Below, one piece after another: positions 1 to 9,824 of a stretch of 64,000 nucleotides of DNA (positions within the stretch are counted from its first letter, which is position 1; each line of letters begins with the position of its first letter). The DNA is from Candidatus Latescibacterota bacterium (GTDB taxonomy: Bacteria; Latescibacterota; UBA2968; UBA8231). The stretch spans positions 3,104,001-3,168,000 of the forward strand of contig OZ241889.1 in NCBI GenBank assembly GCA_965203355.1. Reading direction: 5' to 3'. The position numbers and the translations under genes were made by a program. The notes under the pieces were generated by a model. It saw only the letters and a program-made list of their open reading frames with translations, ran no database searches and was not told the origin of the DNA.

Positions 1-2
1 AC

Positions 3-332
3 AGCGCGTTCAAGGTATTTGAGATGCAGGAGGCGTACGATAGCTATGCGTTCTATCTCCAGACGCACGGTATGATCCCCAAGGGCACCTTGAACTTTCA
101 CCCCAAACTGCGGGACGAGGTTGAGCAAGCCCTACAGAAAGGCGAGTCGTTGATTTTCGCCGACATCATGTTCATCGTCGAAGAGCCGGCCGGGGTCTCC
201 CCTTGGCCGTGGCAGGGGCGCACCCCGTCCTTCTTCCGGCTGGTCTGGGATCCAGAGCGGGCCATGTGGCGCCATGTAGAAGCCTATTTTAGCGGCGGTG
301 TGCCGCAGAATTTTCTGTTCAACCTCATATAA
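3..332 (+). CDS. Hypothetical protein, 5'-truncated by window edge
   Basis: The frame of ORF 24..332 is open back to position 3. Its stop is followed by the AGGAG RBS of the next gene. Confidence 0.6.
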   Translation, partial: SAFKVFEMQEAYDSYAFYLQTHGMIPKGTLNFHPKLRDEVEQALQKGESLIFADIMFIVEEPAGVSPWPWQGRTPSFFRLVWDPERAMWRHVEAYFSGGVPQNFLFNLI

Positions 333-371
333 TCCACTTTTGCCGCTGACTCTAAAAAAGGAGACTTCCCA

Positions 372-1814
372 ATGCTAACAGCCATTGTAAAACGCGAACT
401 GATCGATCACCTCATCAGCCTGCGCTTCAGCTTGGCCCTCGTGCTAGTCGTAGGGCTGATGGTGCTCAACGCCCTCGGATTTGTCGGCGGCTCGTACGAG
501 TCCCGCCGCGACCATTATCTCGAACAGGTCCAAGCCGAGCAAGAAATCGGCCGCAACAATGCCCAAACGGGTTTGTGGAAGCTGATAGTCCACGGCGCAC
601 AGGACTATATCTACAAAAAACCCAGTCCCCTCATGTTCTGCGCCGTTGGTGCCAACGACGTCCTGCCTGAGCGCCTCTGGACACCGAGTTGGTACTCTAA
701 TTACCACGGCATCAATTTCTACACGGCCTATCCACTCATCTATTGGGACATCAAAGGCGTCTGGGCACCAAAGGTCCACCAGTTGATGAAGAGCCGGTCC
801 ATCGACTGGGTCTTTATCATCGGCGGTCTCTTGAGCCTCATGGCCTTGCTGTTCACCTTTGACGCCTTCATTGGCGAAAAAGAGCGCGGTACCCTCAAGC
901 TGGTCATGGCCCAGAGCCTGCCGCGGCACACTCTGCTGTTGGGCAAGTTCTTCGGCGCGATGCTGGCCCTCGGCCTGGTGCTGTGCCTCGCCATCATCGT
1001 CAACTTGCTCATTGTAGTCGCACTCGCGCAGATGAACTTGGGCTTGGTCGAGGCCGGACGCTTGATCGGCATGGTCGGCTTAGCCCTGCTGTATCTGGCC
1101 TGCTTCGTCGGGTTGGGGCTGTGGGTGTCAATACGGAGCAGCACCACGCGCTCGAGTCTGGTGAGTGTGCTGTTGCTCTGGACTTGTGGGGTGCTGCTCT
1201 GGCCCTCGGCTGGCGGCGCACTGGCCTCCCGCGCGTTGACCCGCGAATTCGGGGACGCGCTTCTAATGGAGTGGGAGTGGCATCCTCCAGTAAAAGATGA
1301 AATAGCTAATATTCACAACCAATTGCAGAGGCGCGATCTGAGAAAACCCGAAAAATTGCGCCCCTTGGCCAAGGCCGAACGCACCTTTCGCCGGCTTATG
1401 CAAGACCGGGAAGATGAATTCCTGGCCCACAGCCTCGGCGAGGTCGAAAAAGTCCGCCACATCGTGCGCCTGTCGCCGATGGGCTGCTTTCAGTACGGCA
1501 TGGAAGCCCTCGCCGGCACCGGGCTATCGCGCCACAAAAGTTTTGTCGAGCAGGCGCGTACTTACGTCCAGCAGTTCGACCAGACCATGCTAAACCGCGA
1601 CCGCGACGACCCCAAAAGCATGCACATCTACCCCGTCGCCCAAGGGCTGTCGAAGCAGAAAATCGACCCCGATACCCTACCCGTCTTCACCGAAGACCTG
1701 TCGGCGACGACCTTGCTGCGGCATGCGGTCGTCGATGTAATCGGGCTTTTCTTTTTTGCCATCATCACTTACATGCTGGCCTACCGGTCGTGGCTGAGAG
1801 CCAGCATTGTCTAA
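372..1814 (+). CDS. ABC-2 type transporter permease
   Basis: N-terminal MLTAIVKRELIDHL motif, FDAFIGEKERGTLKL and LLLGKFFG motifs, several TM helices and two large soluble loops. AGGAG RBS. Confidence 0.85.
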   Translation: MLTAIVKRELIDHLISLRFSLALVLVVGLMVLNALGFVGGSYESRRDHYLEQVQAEQEIGRNNAQTGLWKLIVHGAQDYIYKKPSPLMFCAVGANDVLPERLWTPSWYSNYHGINFYTAYPLIYWDIKGVWAPKVHQLMKSRSIDWVFIIGGLLSLMALLFTFDAFIGEKERGTLKLVMAQSLPRHTLLLGKFFGAMLALGLVLCLAIIVNLLIVVALAQMNLGLVEAGRLIGMVGLALLYLACFVGLGLWVSIRSSTTRSSLVSVLLLWTCGVLLWPSAGGALASRALTREFGDALLMEWEWHPPVKDEIANIHNQLQRRDLRKPEKLRPLAKAERTFRRLMQDREDEFLAHSLGEVEKVRHIVRLSPMGCFQYGMEALAGTGLSRHKSFVEQARTYVQQFDQTMLNRDRDDPKSMHIYPVAQGLSKQKIDPDTLPVFTEDLSATTLLRHAVVDVIGLFFFAIITYMLAYRSWLRASIV

Positions 1815-1828
1815 AAAGGAGGGTTGTG

Positions 1829-2770
1829 ATGCACAAGCTAACGCTAAAAACAGCGGCCCTAGTCGCCGTGCTCCACACCGGCGGGGCCCATGCCGCCGAA
1901 CTCCCGCAGACGGCCGAGTTCGGCATCGCTTACGACAGCGAGGGTACGGCCGGCGAAGTGCGCTTTGTCGCGCCCTACGACATGGAAATCGTCGCGGCCG
2001 AACCCGGCTGCGGCTGCACCGGCGTCGAGTTTCCCCAAGGGCCGCTAAAGGCCGGCGAGACGTACTCGATTGCCTATCAGGTCGATACCTGGGGACGCGC
2101 CGGAACCTTTGCCTCCAGCATTGACTTTAGCGTGGCCGGCCAAGCCGATAAATGGCAGTTGCAGTTGGCCGGACAGGTCGTGCCCATGCTGCCCAGCAAC
2201 TTGAACTTGGGGATGATTCGAGGCGACGATCTGGCCGCCACGAGCCGCCGCATTCCCCTCGCGCAGATCAACGAGCAGCCGCGGCACATTAGCCGGGTTC
2301 AGGTCGCGGGCAAAGGCATAGAGGCATCGGTAGTAGAAAACGGCACCGCCCTAGCGATTGCCCCGGCAGCGAACCTAACGTGGGGCGATCGCATTATCGC
2401 CACCATCGAGGCGACGATTGCAGCCGAGGACGCCGAGTACACCCGGGCTATCGAAGTGCGCGGGCGAGTCAGCCCCCGATTTAGCCTAACACCGCAGAGC
2501 GCATCTTTCGGCGTGGGCAGAGCGCAGCGGCGCGAGACGCGCCCAGTGCGCCTAGGCTTGCCAGCCGAGTTAGCCAACGCGCCCGTACAGGCGGTGCCCA
2601 TGTGCGACGAGGTAACCTTGGCTATCGAATATCAACGAGAAGCGGACCAGCACTTAGTCGTCCAGATCCGCAACGCGAGCGATTTCCCCGCTGGTGCGCT
2701 GAACTGCCGGGTAGCCGTGCAAATCGGTGCAGAGCAGGTGTTCATACCTGTGCTGGCCCTGACGCGATAA
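1829..2770 (+). CDS. DUF1573-domain secreted protein
   Basis: Signal peptide ending AHA, a PGCGCT motif typical of DUF1573, then Ig-like beta-rich sequence. AGGAGG RBS before ATG 1829. Confidence 0.75.
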   Translation: MHKLTLKTAALVAVLHTGGAHAAELPQTAEFGIAYDSEGTAGEVRFVAPYDMEIVAAEPGCGCTGVEFPQGPLKAGETYSIAYQVDTWGRAGTFASSIDFSVAGQADKWQLQLAGQVVPMLPSNLNLGMIRGDDLAATSRRIPLAQINEQPRHISRVQVAGKGIEASVVENGTALAIAPAANLTWGDRIIATIEATIAAEDAEYTRAIEVRGRVSPRFSLTPQSASFGVGRAQRRETRPVRLGLPAELANAPVQAVPMCDEVTLAIEYQREADQHLVVQIRNASDFPAGALNCRVAVQIGAEQVFIPVLALTR

Positions 2771-2780
2771 GGAGACCACC

Positions 2781-3785
2781 GTGAATCCGTCCAAAACAAC
2801 CAAGGCCTCAACGCACCTTTTGTTGGGCCATACCTGCCGAAAAAAGGGACAGAACGAGCAAGCAGTCACCCACTACCAAACAGCGCGGCGGCTCGCACGC
2901 GCCGAGGGATGCCAAAAGGAGCTTTTTGCGGCTTGCACCCAGCTCGGCCACTACGGCGAGATCGCCGGCGATTTCGACGAATCGCTGCGCTACTTCCAAG
3001 AGGCGTTGGCCGCCTGCTCGCCTAGCCGCTCCCTACGCGATATAGCCGAGGCCGAAGGCAACATAGGCTTTGTCAAACAATGCCAATCCCGCTGGGCCGA
3101 AGCCGCAACATACTACCACCAGGCCATGCAGCACGCCCAACAAGGAGGCGATGCCGCCCTTGCGGCCAAGATGGCCAACAACATGGGCAACCTCTACATG
3201 CAGCAGAACGACCTATCGGAGGCTCAACAGTGGCTCCAGCGCAGCCGCGCCCTCTATGCCGACGACGCACCGGGCAACCTGCTCAACAGCTTGGGGCAAC
3301 TGGCCCGGCGGCGCGGCGACCCACAGCAGGCCCTGCACCACTTTACGGCTGGACTAGCGGCGGCGCGGCAGCAAGGGACGCCCCTCGAAGTGGCCCTGCA
3401 ACTCGGCTCTATCGCTTCGGTCTGCCGCGACTTAGGCCATACAGAGCGCGCCCTGAGCAGCGGCAACGAAGCCTTGAGCATCTACGTGGCACAGGGGCAT
3501 GCCCAAGGTCGCTGTGGCATGGCGGCTCTGCTGGCCGAGCTCTACAGGACCGCTGGCGACCTAGCAATGGCGCAACGGCATGTACAGGCTTCTATGGACC
3601 TGTGCCGACAGCTAGGAAACGCGAGGATGCAGGCTTTCAGCTACGTATCCTTGGGCAATCTGTACGCGCAACAGGACGGCAACAAGCGACGGGCGTTGGC
3701 CGAATGGGTGGCGGCGTTGCGCCTGTTTAAGCAACTCGGTATGGAGACACAGAGCCAAGCTGTCATTAAGGCTATGGCCGCCTAA
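2781..3785 (+). CDS. Tetratricopeptide repeat protein
   Basis: Repeated NIG/NMG/SLG...A..YY.QA TPR helices. AGGAG RBS, GTG start. Confidence 0.85.
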   Translation: MNPSKTTKASTHLLLGHTCRKKGQNEQAVTHYQTARRLARAEGCQKELFAACTQLGHYGEIAGDFDESLRYFQEALAACSPSRSLRDIAEAEGNIGFVKQCQSRWAEAATYYHQAMQHAQQGGDAALAAKMANNMGNLYMQQNDLSEAQQWLQRSRALYADDAPGNLLNSLGQLARRRGDPQQALHHFTAGLAAARQQGTPLEVALQLGSIASVCRDLGHTERALSSGNEALSIYVAQGHAQGRCGMAALLAELYRTAGDLAMAQRHVQASMDLCRQLGNARMQAFSYVSLGNLYAQQDGNKRRALAEWVAALRLFKQLGMETQSQAVIKAMAA

Positions 3786-3804
3786 CCCAAAAAAGACTTT
3801 TACA

Positions 3805-3840
3805 GCGGGCAGTCCAGTCGGTATCTGGGCTGCCCGTTTC
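3805..3840 (+). terminator. Putative intrinsic terminator
   Basis: Stem gcgggcagtccag / ctgggctgcccgt followed by a short pyrimidine run, just after the TPR gene stop. Confidence 0.55.
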
Positions 3841-3894
3841 TCTGCCAAAATCCCGCTGTCTATCAACCTGCACCAACTTCCAACCGCACACTCA

Positions 3895-3954
3895 TGCGAT
3901 ATTTCGACGCACAAAAAGCGATGATTTGTCGCACTTGTGCGATGTATCCGCGCA
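3895..3954. promoter_or_regulatory. Three phased palindromic enhancer (UAS)-like sites
   Basis: 17-bp (T/A)GCGAT-N7-CGCA motifs at 3895, 3917 and 3938 (21-22 bp spacing), about 150-200 bp upstream of a sigma54 promoter. Confidence 0.65.
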
Positions 3955-4099
3955 CTTTTAGCGCATTAAGCGGGTATCGCCAAGGGCCTGATCGACTCGA
4001 AAGAAATTTATTTTTACATTTTATAAAGCATTATTTAACAGTCACTTATAAACCTTAAAATCGAGAAAATCGGCGCGATAATCCCCCGCTGGTTACTAG

Positions 4100-4116
4100 T
4101 TGGCACGATGATTGCA
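4100..4116 (+). promoter_or_regulatory. Sigma54 (-24/-12) promoter
   Basis: TTGGCACGATGATTGCA matches the TGGCACG-N4-TTGC(A/T) consensus. An AT-rich, IHF-like tract lies at about 4000-4060. Confidence 0.85.
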
Positions 4117-4182
4117 TATTGCGATGTAGAAGCAATAACGTGCTGGTCACTGCAGACCAGCCATAAAGAAAGGAAGGCAGCC

Positions 4183-5694
4183 ATGTCTGCACTTTTCTCT
4201 ATTTTCGTTTTGTTCGCGTTTTCCCTTTCGTCCGGTGCTTCGACCTTGACGAAGGAACAGCAGCGCATTCTGCTCGATCTTGAAGAGGCGCACTTGCAGT
4301 TGAAGCAAGCGAAAGCGCGGGAGGCCGAGGTTCAGATTGAGTATGATCAGATGACCGGCCTCAAAGAGCGCGGGGTGGTGACCGGCCAGGAGTTGCGCTT
4401 AGCCCGCGAGCGGTATGAGCGCACGCGGCAAGAGCGGCAACGGGCCGACTTAAACCTCCAGCGCACCTTCCTCAACTCACTGGGCGACGCCACCCATCTG
4501 ACGGTGGTCAACGGCCAAAAGTACGGCGTGGAAGGCGACAAGGTGCGCGTGCGGCTGACGCTGCGCAACGACTCGGACTTGCACTTGGCGCAGATGGTCG
4601 ATGCCGCCCGGCGGCGCTACGCCATCAACGGCGTGGACCAAGACGCCGCGTCCCTGTTGCAGGTCAACAACATCTTCGTCGTCATCTTGGCCGATCGAGT
4701 CCGGGTCGGCCAGCCCTACCAAGTACACATCCCGGTGCTGGCGCTGGGTGAAGAAGTCGACGTCGAGGTGGGCTTGCAGCGGCCCGACATCGAGGATTTG
4801 ACCGTGCAACTACAGTATCTCAACCGGGTGGACGACCACGTCATTCACTTGGAGAAGGCGTCGGCGCGCGACGTGGTGCGGGTGTATGCCACGCAGTTTT
4901 CCCAAGAAGGGCCGTTGGGCAACTCGGTGGCGTATGAGTTGCAGTTGGAGCGTTTGGCCGAAGACGAAAAGATTTTCCAACTGATGGCGCACGGGCTGCC
5001 CGAGGACTTCCGCTGGCAATTCGAGCGGAATGGCCAGACCCTATCGCGGCTGCGCTTTTCGCGCGATCATTCGAGCGTCTCGTTGACGCTCAACGTGTAT
5101 GTGCCCGAACAGTCGACCGGTTTTGTCGTGGATCAGCCGTTGCGGTTCTCGGTGCTGGCCTACGAACCCCAAGCGGTCGAGGCGGCGACGGTCGCGGCGG
5201 CCGATCCGGCGGCTTGGCAAGCGTTGGGCATTGGCTACGAGCCGTTGCAACTGGTGCCGACCGGCCGCGCCGAATTGGAGTTGACCACCCTCAACTTAGA
5301 CCTGGCGGTCAATGGCCAAGGCCATTCCCAGTCGGTGTGGCACGTGCGCAACCTGGGCACGGTGGACTTGCTCGACATCCGCTTGCAGGCGCTGTCGCCG
5401 CCGGGCTGGGAGGTTTCTTTTGTGCCCCCGGAAATTGATCGACTGCCGCCGCGGGAGGAACTAGAGGCCGTGCTGACGGTTCGGCCGGTCAACAGCGCCG
5501 ACATTGGCCGCTACGAAGTCAAGACCAGTGCCCGCACCCAGCACAAGGGGCAGTGGGTCGAGTCGGTGGAGCGCACCGTCAACATCAACATCAAAAGCGA
5601 CGGCTCGTTTTGGGGCATCACCGGGTTGGTGGTGTTGCTGGTCAGCATCGTGCTGGGCATCGCCGTCTTCACCGTGCAATGGAGCAAACGATGA
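4183..5694 (+). CDS. Periplasmic protein: alpha-hairpin, Ig-like/NEW3 domains and C-terminal TM anchor
   Basis: Signal peptide; coiled coil resembling an MFP hairpin (LKERGVVTGQELRLARERY); NEW3-like VRNLGT...PPGWEVSFVPPEIDRL; C-terminal TM followed by SKR. Confidence 0.7.
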   Translation: MSALFSIFVLFAFSLSSGASTLTKEQQRILLDLEEAHLQLKQAKAREAEVQIEYDQMTGLKERGVVTGQELRLARERYERTRQERQRADLNLQRTFLNSLGDATHLTVVNGQKYGVEGDKVRVRLTLRNDSDLHLAQMVDAARRRYAINGVDQDAASLLQVNNIFVVILADRVRVGQPYQVHIPVLALGEEVDVEVGLQRPDIEDLTVQLQYLNRVDDHVIHLEKASARDVVRVYATQFSQEGPLGNSVAYELQLERLAEDEKIFQLMAHGLPEDFRWQFERNGQTLSRLRFSRDHSSVSLTLNVYVPEQSTGFVVDQPLRFSVLAYEPQAVEAATVAAADPAAWQALGIGYEPLQLVPTGRAELELTTLNLDLAVNGQGHSQSVWHVRNLGTVDLLDIRLQALSPPGWEVSFVPPEIDRLPPREELEAVLTVRPVNSADIGRYEVKTSARTQHKGQWVESVERTVNINIKSDGSFWGITGLVVLLVSIVLGIAVFTVQWSKR

Positions 5695-7082
5695 CGGCTT
5701 ATCGCTGGATTTGGATCGCCTTGGGCGGCTGGGCGAGCGTGGCACTGGCCGAGGAGTGGGATTTGTCGACCTGTCAGCGCGCCGCCGGCGTCCACAGCCC
5801 GGTGCTGGGGGCGGCGCACGCCCGCTGGCAGCAGAAGCAGGCGAGTACGCGCTTGGAGTACGCCGAACAGGGGCCGACGGTCGGCCTGCAGGCCGACTAC
5901 ACCCGCCGCGACCGCGCCGACGGCCCGGCCACCGACGCCCGCGAACTGTTCTTAGCCGCCGAGCAAGAACTGGTGCGCTACGGCAAAACGCCCCCGGCGC
6001 GCTGGGCCGCCGAGCACCAAGAGCAGGCCGAAAAAGCGCGCTACCGCCAGACCATCATCGCCGTGGATAGCCAGGTGCGCCAAGCGTATTACCGCCTGCT
6101 GCTGACGCGCGACGAGATCGCCAGTCGCGACGAGTTGCTGGCCTACTTCCGGGCGAAGATGGAGCGGGTGCAAACGCGCCTCGACGCGGGCTTAGCCCGG
6201 CCGATCGAACGGTACGAGGCCGAACTGGAGGTGTTGGAAGAGCAGGCGCGGATCAACCACCTCCAGCGGGCCTTGCGCGCCCTGCATCGGCAACTGTTCA
6301 CCGAGATCGGTCTAGTGGGCAAGCGCTCGCTGCGCGCCATCGAGGTGGTCGGTCCGCCCTACGAGCAACTCCAACTGCTCAACCCCAAGGAAGCGGACTT
6401 GCCCGGGCTGATCGAGGAAGCCCGCGCCAATCGGCCCCAGTTGGCCGAACTGGGCTGGCAGATAGACCAGCAGCAGCAGCAAGCGCGCCGGGTGCTCTGG
6501 CAGTGGCTGCCCCACGTGGGCCTGCAACTTTCCAAGGACGTCCAAGACACCGAGTGGGGCTTGGACTGGCGCGGCGACGGCCAAACGTGGACGGTGGTCG
6601 GCTCGGGGCGCCGCTCGATAGCCCGCCACGGCCAAGACCCGGCCCGGGACCCCGCCGTCGGCGCGGGCTGGCGGGTGCAGGCCCAAGTCGCGCTCCCGTT
6701 GTTCCAAGGCGGGCAGCGGTGGGCCCGCCACGCCCAAGAAAAGGCGCGGCTCCACCAGCTACACCAAGCCCACCACGAGACCCGCAACGGCGTTGAACTC
6801 GACGTGGTCGAGGCCTTTTACGAGTTGCAAAGCCGCCGGGAAAACACCCAAATTCTACGGCGGCGCGCCGATGTGGCCCGCCAGCGATTGGACACCATTG
6901 AAGAGTTGTTTGAAAACGCGATGGGCAACCTCAATTTCGACGACATCCGCCGCCAGCGGGTCGCCGTCAACGTCGCCGAGCAGACCTATTTCGCCGAGCG
7001 CCTGACCTACATCCTCGCCGCCGAACACCTGCGGCGTCTGCTGGGCCGGGCCCTCCACAGTGAGTTTTATCACACCCCCTGA
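5691..7082 (+). CDS. TolC-family outer membrane efflux protein
   Basis: ATGA overlap with the upstream gene; VRQAYYRLL, ALPLFQGG and DVVEAFYEL motifs of the OEP family. Confidence 0.85.
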   Translation: MTAYRWIWIALGGWASVALAEEWDLSTCQRAAGVHSPVLGAAHARWQQKQASTRLEYAEQGPTVGLQADYTRRDRADGPATDARELFLAAEQELVRYGKTPPARWAAEHQEQAEKARYRQTIIAVDSQVRQAYYRLLLTRDEIASRDELLAYFRAKMERVQTRLDAGLARPIERYEAELEVLEEQARINHLQRALRALHRQLFTEIGLVGKRSLRAIEVVGPPYEQLQLLNPKEADLPGLIEEARANRPQLAELGWQIDQQQQQARRVLWQWLPHVGLQLSKDVQDTEWGLDWRGDGQTWTVVGSGRRSIARHGQDPARDPAVGAGWRVQAQVALPLFQGGQRWARHAQEKARLHQLHQAHHETRNGVELDVVEAFYELQSRRENTQILRRRADVARQRLDTIEELFENAMGNLNFDDIRRQRVAVNVAEQTYFAERLTYILAAEHLRRLLGRALHSEFYHTP

Positions 7083-7096
7083 GAAAGGAACGCATC

Positions 7097-7819
7097 ATGT
7101 TGGAAATCATCGGCCTGTCCAAGCACTACGGGGACGTCAAAGCGGTCACCGACCTCACCCTGACCATCCCCGGCGGCGAGATCTTTACCATGCTCGGCGC
7201 CAACGGCGCGGGCAAGACCACCACCTTGATGGTCGCGTTGGGCTTTACCGAGCCGACCCACGGCACGGTCAAGCTGTGCGGCATCGACATCACCGAGCAG
7301 CCTTTGGAAGCCAAAAAGCACGTGGCCTATGTCTCGGAAAACGTCATGCTCTACGGCAACTTCAGTGCCCGGCAGAACTTGGATTTCTTCACCCGCTTGA
7401 GCGGCCAGCCGGCCCGCGCCGCCGAACACTACGACGCCATCATGGCGCGGGTGGGGCTGCAAGCCGAGGCGTTTGATCGGCGGGTCAAGACGTTTTCCAA
7501 GGGCATGCGCCAGAAGTTGGGCATTGCCATTGCCATTGCCAAGGACGCCCAAATCGTCTTGCTCGACGAACCCACGTCCGGGTTGGACCCCAAGTCCGGC
7601 GCCGAGTTCTTGGACCTGTTGGATGAATTGCGCCACGAAGGCAAGGCCATCTGGATGACCACTCACGACGTGTTCCGCGCCCGCGTGATCGCCGACCGAC
7701 TCGGCATCATGGTCCAAGGCCACCTCGTCAAGACGCTGACCCGCGAAGAAATCCAAGCCACCGACCTAGAGCGCCTCTACGTCGAATACGTCGAGCAGCC
7801 CGTCCTGCCCGCCGCTTAA
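7097..7819 (+). CDS. ABC transporter ATP-binding protein
   Basis: Walker A GANGAGKTT, signature FSKGMRQK, Walker B LLDEPTSGLD, H-loop TTHD. Confidence 0.95.
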   Translation: MLEIIGLSKHYGDVKAVTDLTLTIPGGEIFTMLGANGAGKTTTLMVALGFTEPTHGTVKLCGIDITEQPLEAKKHVAYVSENVMLYGNFSARQNLDFFTRLSGQPARAAEHYDAIMARVGLQAEAFDRRVKTFSKGMRQKLGIAIAIAKDAQIVLLDEPTSGLDPKSGAEFLDLLDELRHEGKAIWMTTHDVFRARVIADRLGIMVQGHLVKTLTREEIQATDLERLYVEYVEQPVLPAA

Positions 7820-7834
7820 ACGAGGAGCGTAGTT

Positions 7835-7867
7835 GGGTGTGTAGGTCCGGCATGGACCTACACACCC
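7835..7867 (+). terminator. Intrinsic terminator-like hairpin
   Basis: Perfect 14-bp inverted repeat gggtgtgtaggtcc / ggacctacacaccc with a 5-nt loop, directly after the operon. Confidence 0.7.
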
Positions 7868-8175
7868 GCCTCTTTGCACCGGCTCATCGAGGATAACTTG
7901 TGGAGCGTATGTACCATGGCAACTCGTAGAGCTAGTCCGCGGAGTAGATTTAGTTTCATCTAGAGTCACCGGAGTACATCCGGCATAATCCTCAGCAGCT
8001 CACCCCGAAAAATGCTGGATGCGCAAGGTCCCTCGACCGCCTCGCGGGACCCGCTGTCGCCCGTGAGCAGTTGGGCGCAATCGTCTGCGATCAGGGCCTA
8101 CTGGTATTGACTTTTCCAAGCATCCACGTTTTTTCTGTTTAATCCCCCTTTACCAACAGGAAAGAGCCGACTGTG

Positions 8176-8445
8176 ATGACGCCTAAAACCAAAAAACGCA
8201 AACTCTTCAAACTTTTGGCCCCGCAAGCGGAAAGCGTTTGCTTGGCTGCCTCCTTCAACGATTGGGATCCACAGGCCCGCCCGTTAAAAAAAGACGCCCG
8301 GGGCCTGTGGAAAACTTCGGTCACGTTGCCGCTGGGTACGCACGAATACCGCTTTGTGGTCGATGGCGAATGGCGCGACGATCCGCAGTGCGAGGAGCGC
8401 CGCCCCAATCCCTTCGGCACCACCAATTGCATTTTGTACGCCTAA
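8176..8445 (+). CDS. Small glycogen-binding (CBM48/AMPK-beta-like) domain protein
   Basis: APQAESVCLAASFNDW...GLW...LPLGTHEYRFVVDGEW..DP...NPFGTTN pattern. Confidence 0.85.
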   Translation: MTPKTKKRKLFKLLAPQAESVCLAASFNDWDPQARPLKKDARGLWKTSVTLPLGTHEYRFVVDGEWRDDPQCEERRPNPFGTTNCILYA

Positions 8446-8765
8446 GACCGCCTTCGCCTCACCACGTCAACGGCCTGGAAATCCCCTCCCGTGCTACGCG
8501 CACGTCTGGTTGTGGGAGGCGGAAGAGTTGGCGCCCGGCCGCAGCGAGGCCGGCGATAAACTCGCAAAAGTGCCGGGTGCCCCACGCACTCGAACGCCCC
8601 GCCGCGAATCGCCGTAGAGGGCGGTAGTTCCACCGAAAAGCACTTTCCTGCGACACTCGTCGCGGCCGAGCGAACAGGCTTCCATCAGCCTACGGCCTCC
8701 TGGCGTGCGGTCGCCATGATAGGCCCTCGCTTGGCCGCTCTTGACGCATCCGTTACCTTACCCCC

Positions 8766-9551
8766 ATGAACAGTAAAGACTATCTACACGCCCTCTTTGG
8801 CTGCCAAGGTCGCAAAGCCATCGTCACAGGATCCTCCAGCGGCTTAGGAGCCGAACTGGCCCGGGTCCTCGTCTCGGCCGGTGCTGACGTCCTCGCCATC
8901 GCCCGCCGCCAAGAGCGCCTTGAAGCACTGGCGAACGAATTGCAAGACTGCGCCGGCACTCTCCACCCACACGCGGCCGACCTCAGCGACCACGCCGCCA
9001 TCGCGGCCCTGCCCGAGCAAGCACACACGCGACTCGGCGGCTGCGATATCTTGGTTGCCAATGCCGGCACGGCCACGCGCGTCCGCCTCGAAGACATGGC
9101 CGAGCAAGACTTTGCCGCGGTCGTTGATCTCAACCTCAAAGCCCAGTGGCTGCTCGCTAAAGCCTGCTTTCCCCTACTCCGCGAATCTGGAGCCGGCCGC
9201 ATCGTCAATATCGCCTCGATATACGGCTTGGGAGCCTCGGTAATCAACGGATTAAGTGCCTACACGATCAGCAAACACGGACTCGTAGGACTGACGCGCT
9301 CGCAGGCCGTAGAGTGGAGCAGACACGGCATCACAGCAAACGCTATCGCCCCCAGTTATTTCCCCACCGAAATGACCGAGACGGCCCTCGACGACGAGAA
9401 GATGAGCACCCGCCTGTGCACCTTTACGCCGCAAGGCCGCTTTGGTCAGCCCGCAGAGCTAGCCACCGCCGTACTCTTTTTGTGCTCAAAGGCCAGCGGC
9501 TATGTCAATGGGGCCATCGTACCGGTGGATGGCGGCTGGACGGCGTGGTGA
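8766..9551 (+). CDS. Short-chain dehydrogenase/reductase (SDR)
   Basis: TGSSSGLG, ANAG, catalytic YTISK, VDGGW. Confidence 0.95.
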   Translation: MNSKDYLHALFGCQGRKAIVTGSSSGLGAELARVLVSAGADVLAIARRQERLEALANELQDCAGTLHPHAADLSDHAAIAALPEQAHTRLGGCDILVANAGTATRVRLEDMAEQDFAAVVDLNLKAQWLLAKACFPLLRESGAGRIVNIASIYGLGASVINGLSAYTISKHGLVGLTRSQAVEWSRHGITANAIAPSYFPTEMTETALDDEKMSTRLCTFTPQGRFGQPAELATAVLFLCSKASGYVNGAIVPVDGGWTAW

Positions 9552-9597
9552 TCCAGCCGTTACGATTCATTTCATTGTGCGAGTCAAAGGAGTGCTG

Positions 9598-9701
9598 GGT
9601 CGTGGTACGTTTTGAAATTTAGCTTTACTCCCGTTGCCCGGGTCGCTCTCGCTCCGCCTGAACCCCGGCACCCCAAGCCCGACCGAAAACGCATCACGAC
9701 C
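9598..9701. mobile_element. MITE-like element, copy 1 (internally deleted)
   Basis: Ends GGTCGTGGTACGTTTT / AAAACGCATCACGACC form imperfect TIRs. Homologous to 16463-16573 and 59253-59384. Confidence 0.65.
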
Positions 9702-9824
9702 GAATGATTTGGTCTAATCCCGCTTTGGCAGTGCAGTTCCCGACATGGACAATAGAAATGGGACCCGGCGGCGGGGACAGCGGGACAAACCTGTGCGCTG
9801 TCTAATTCCCAACATGGACAATAG

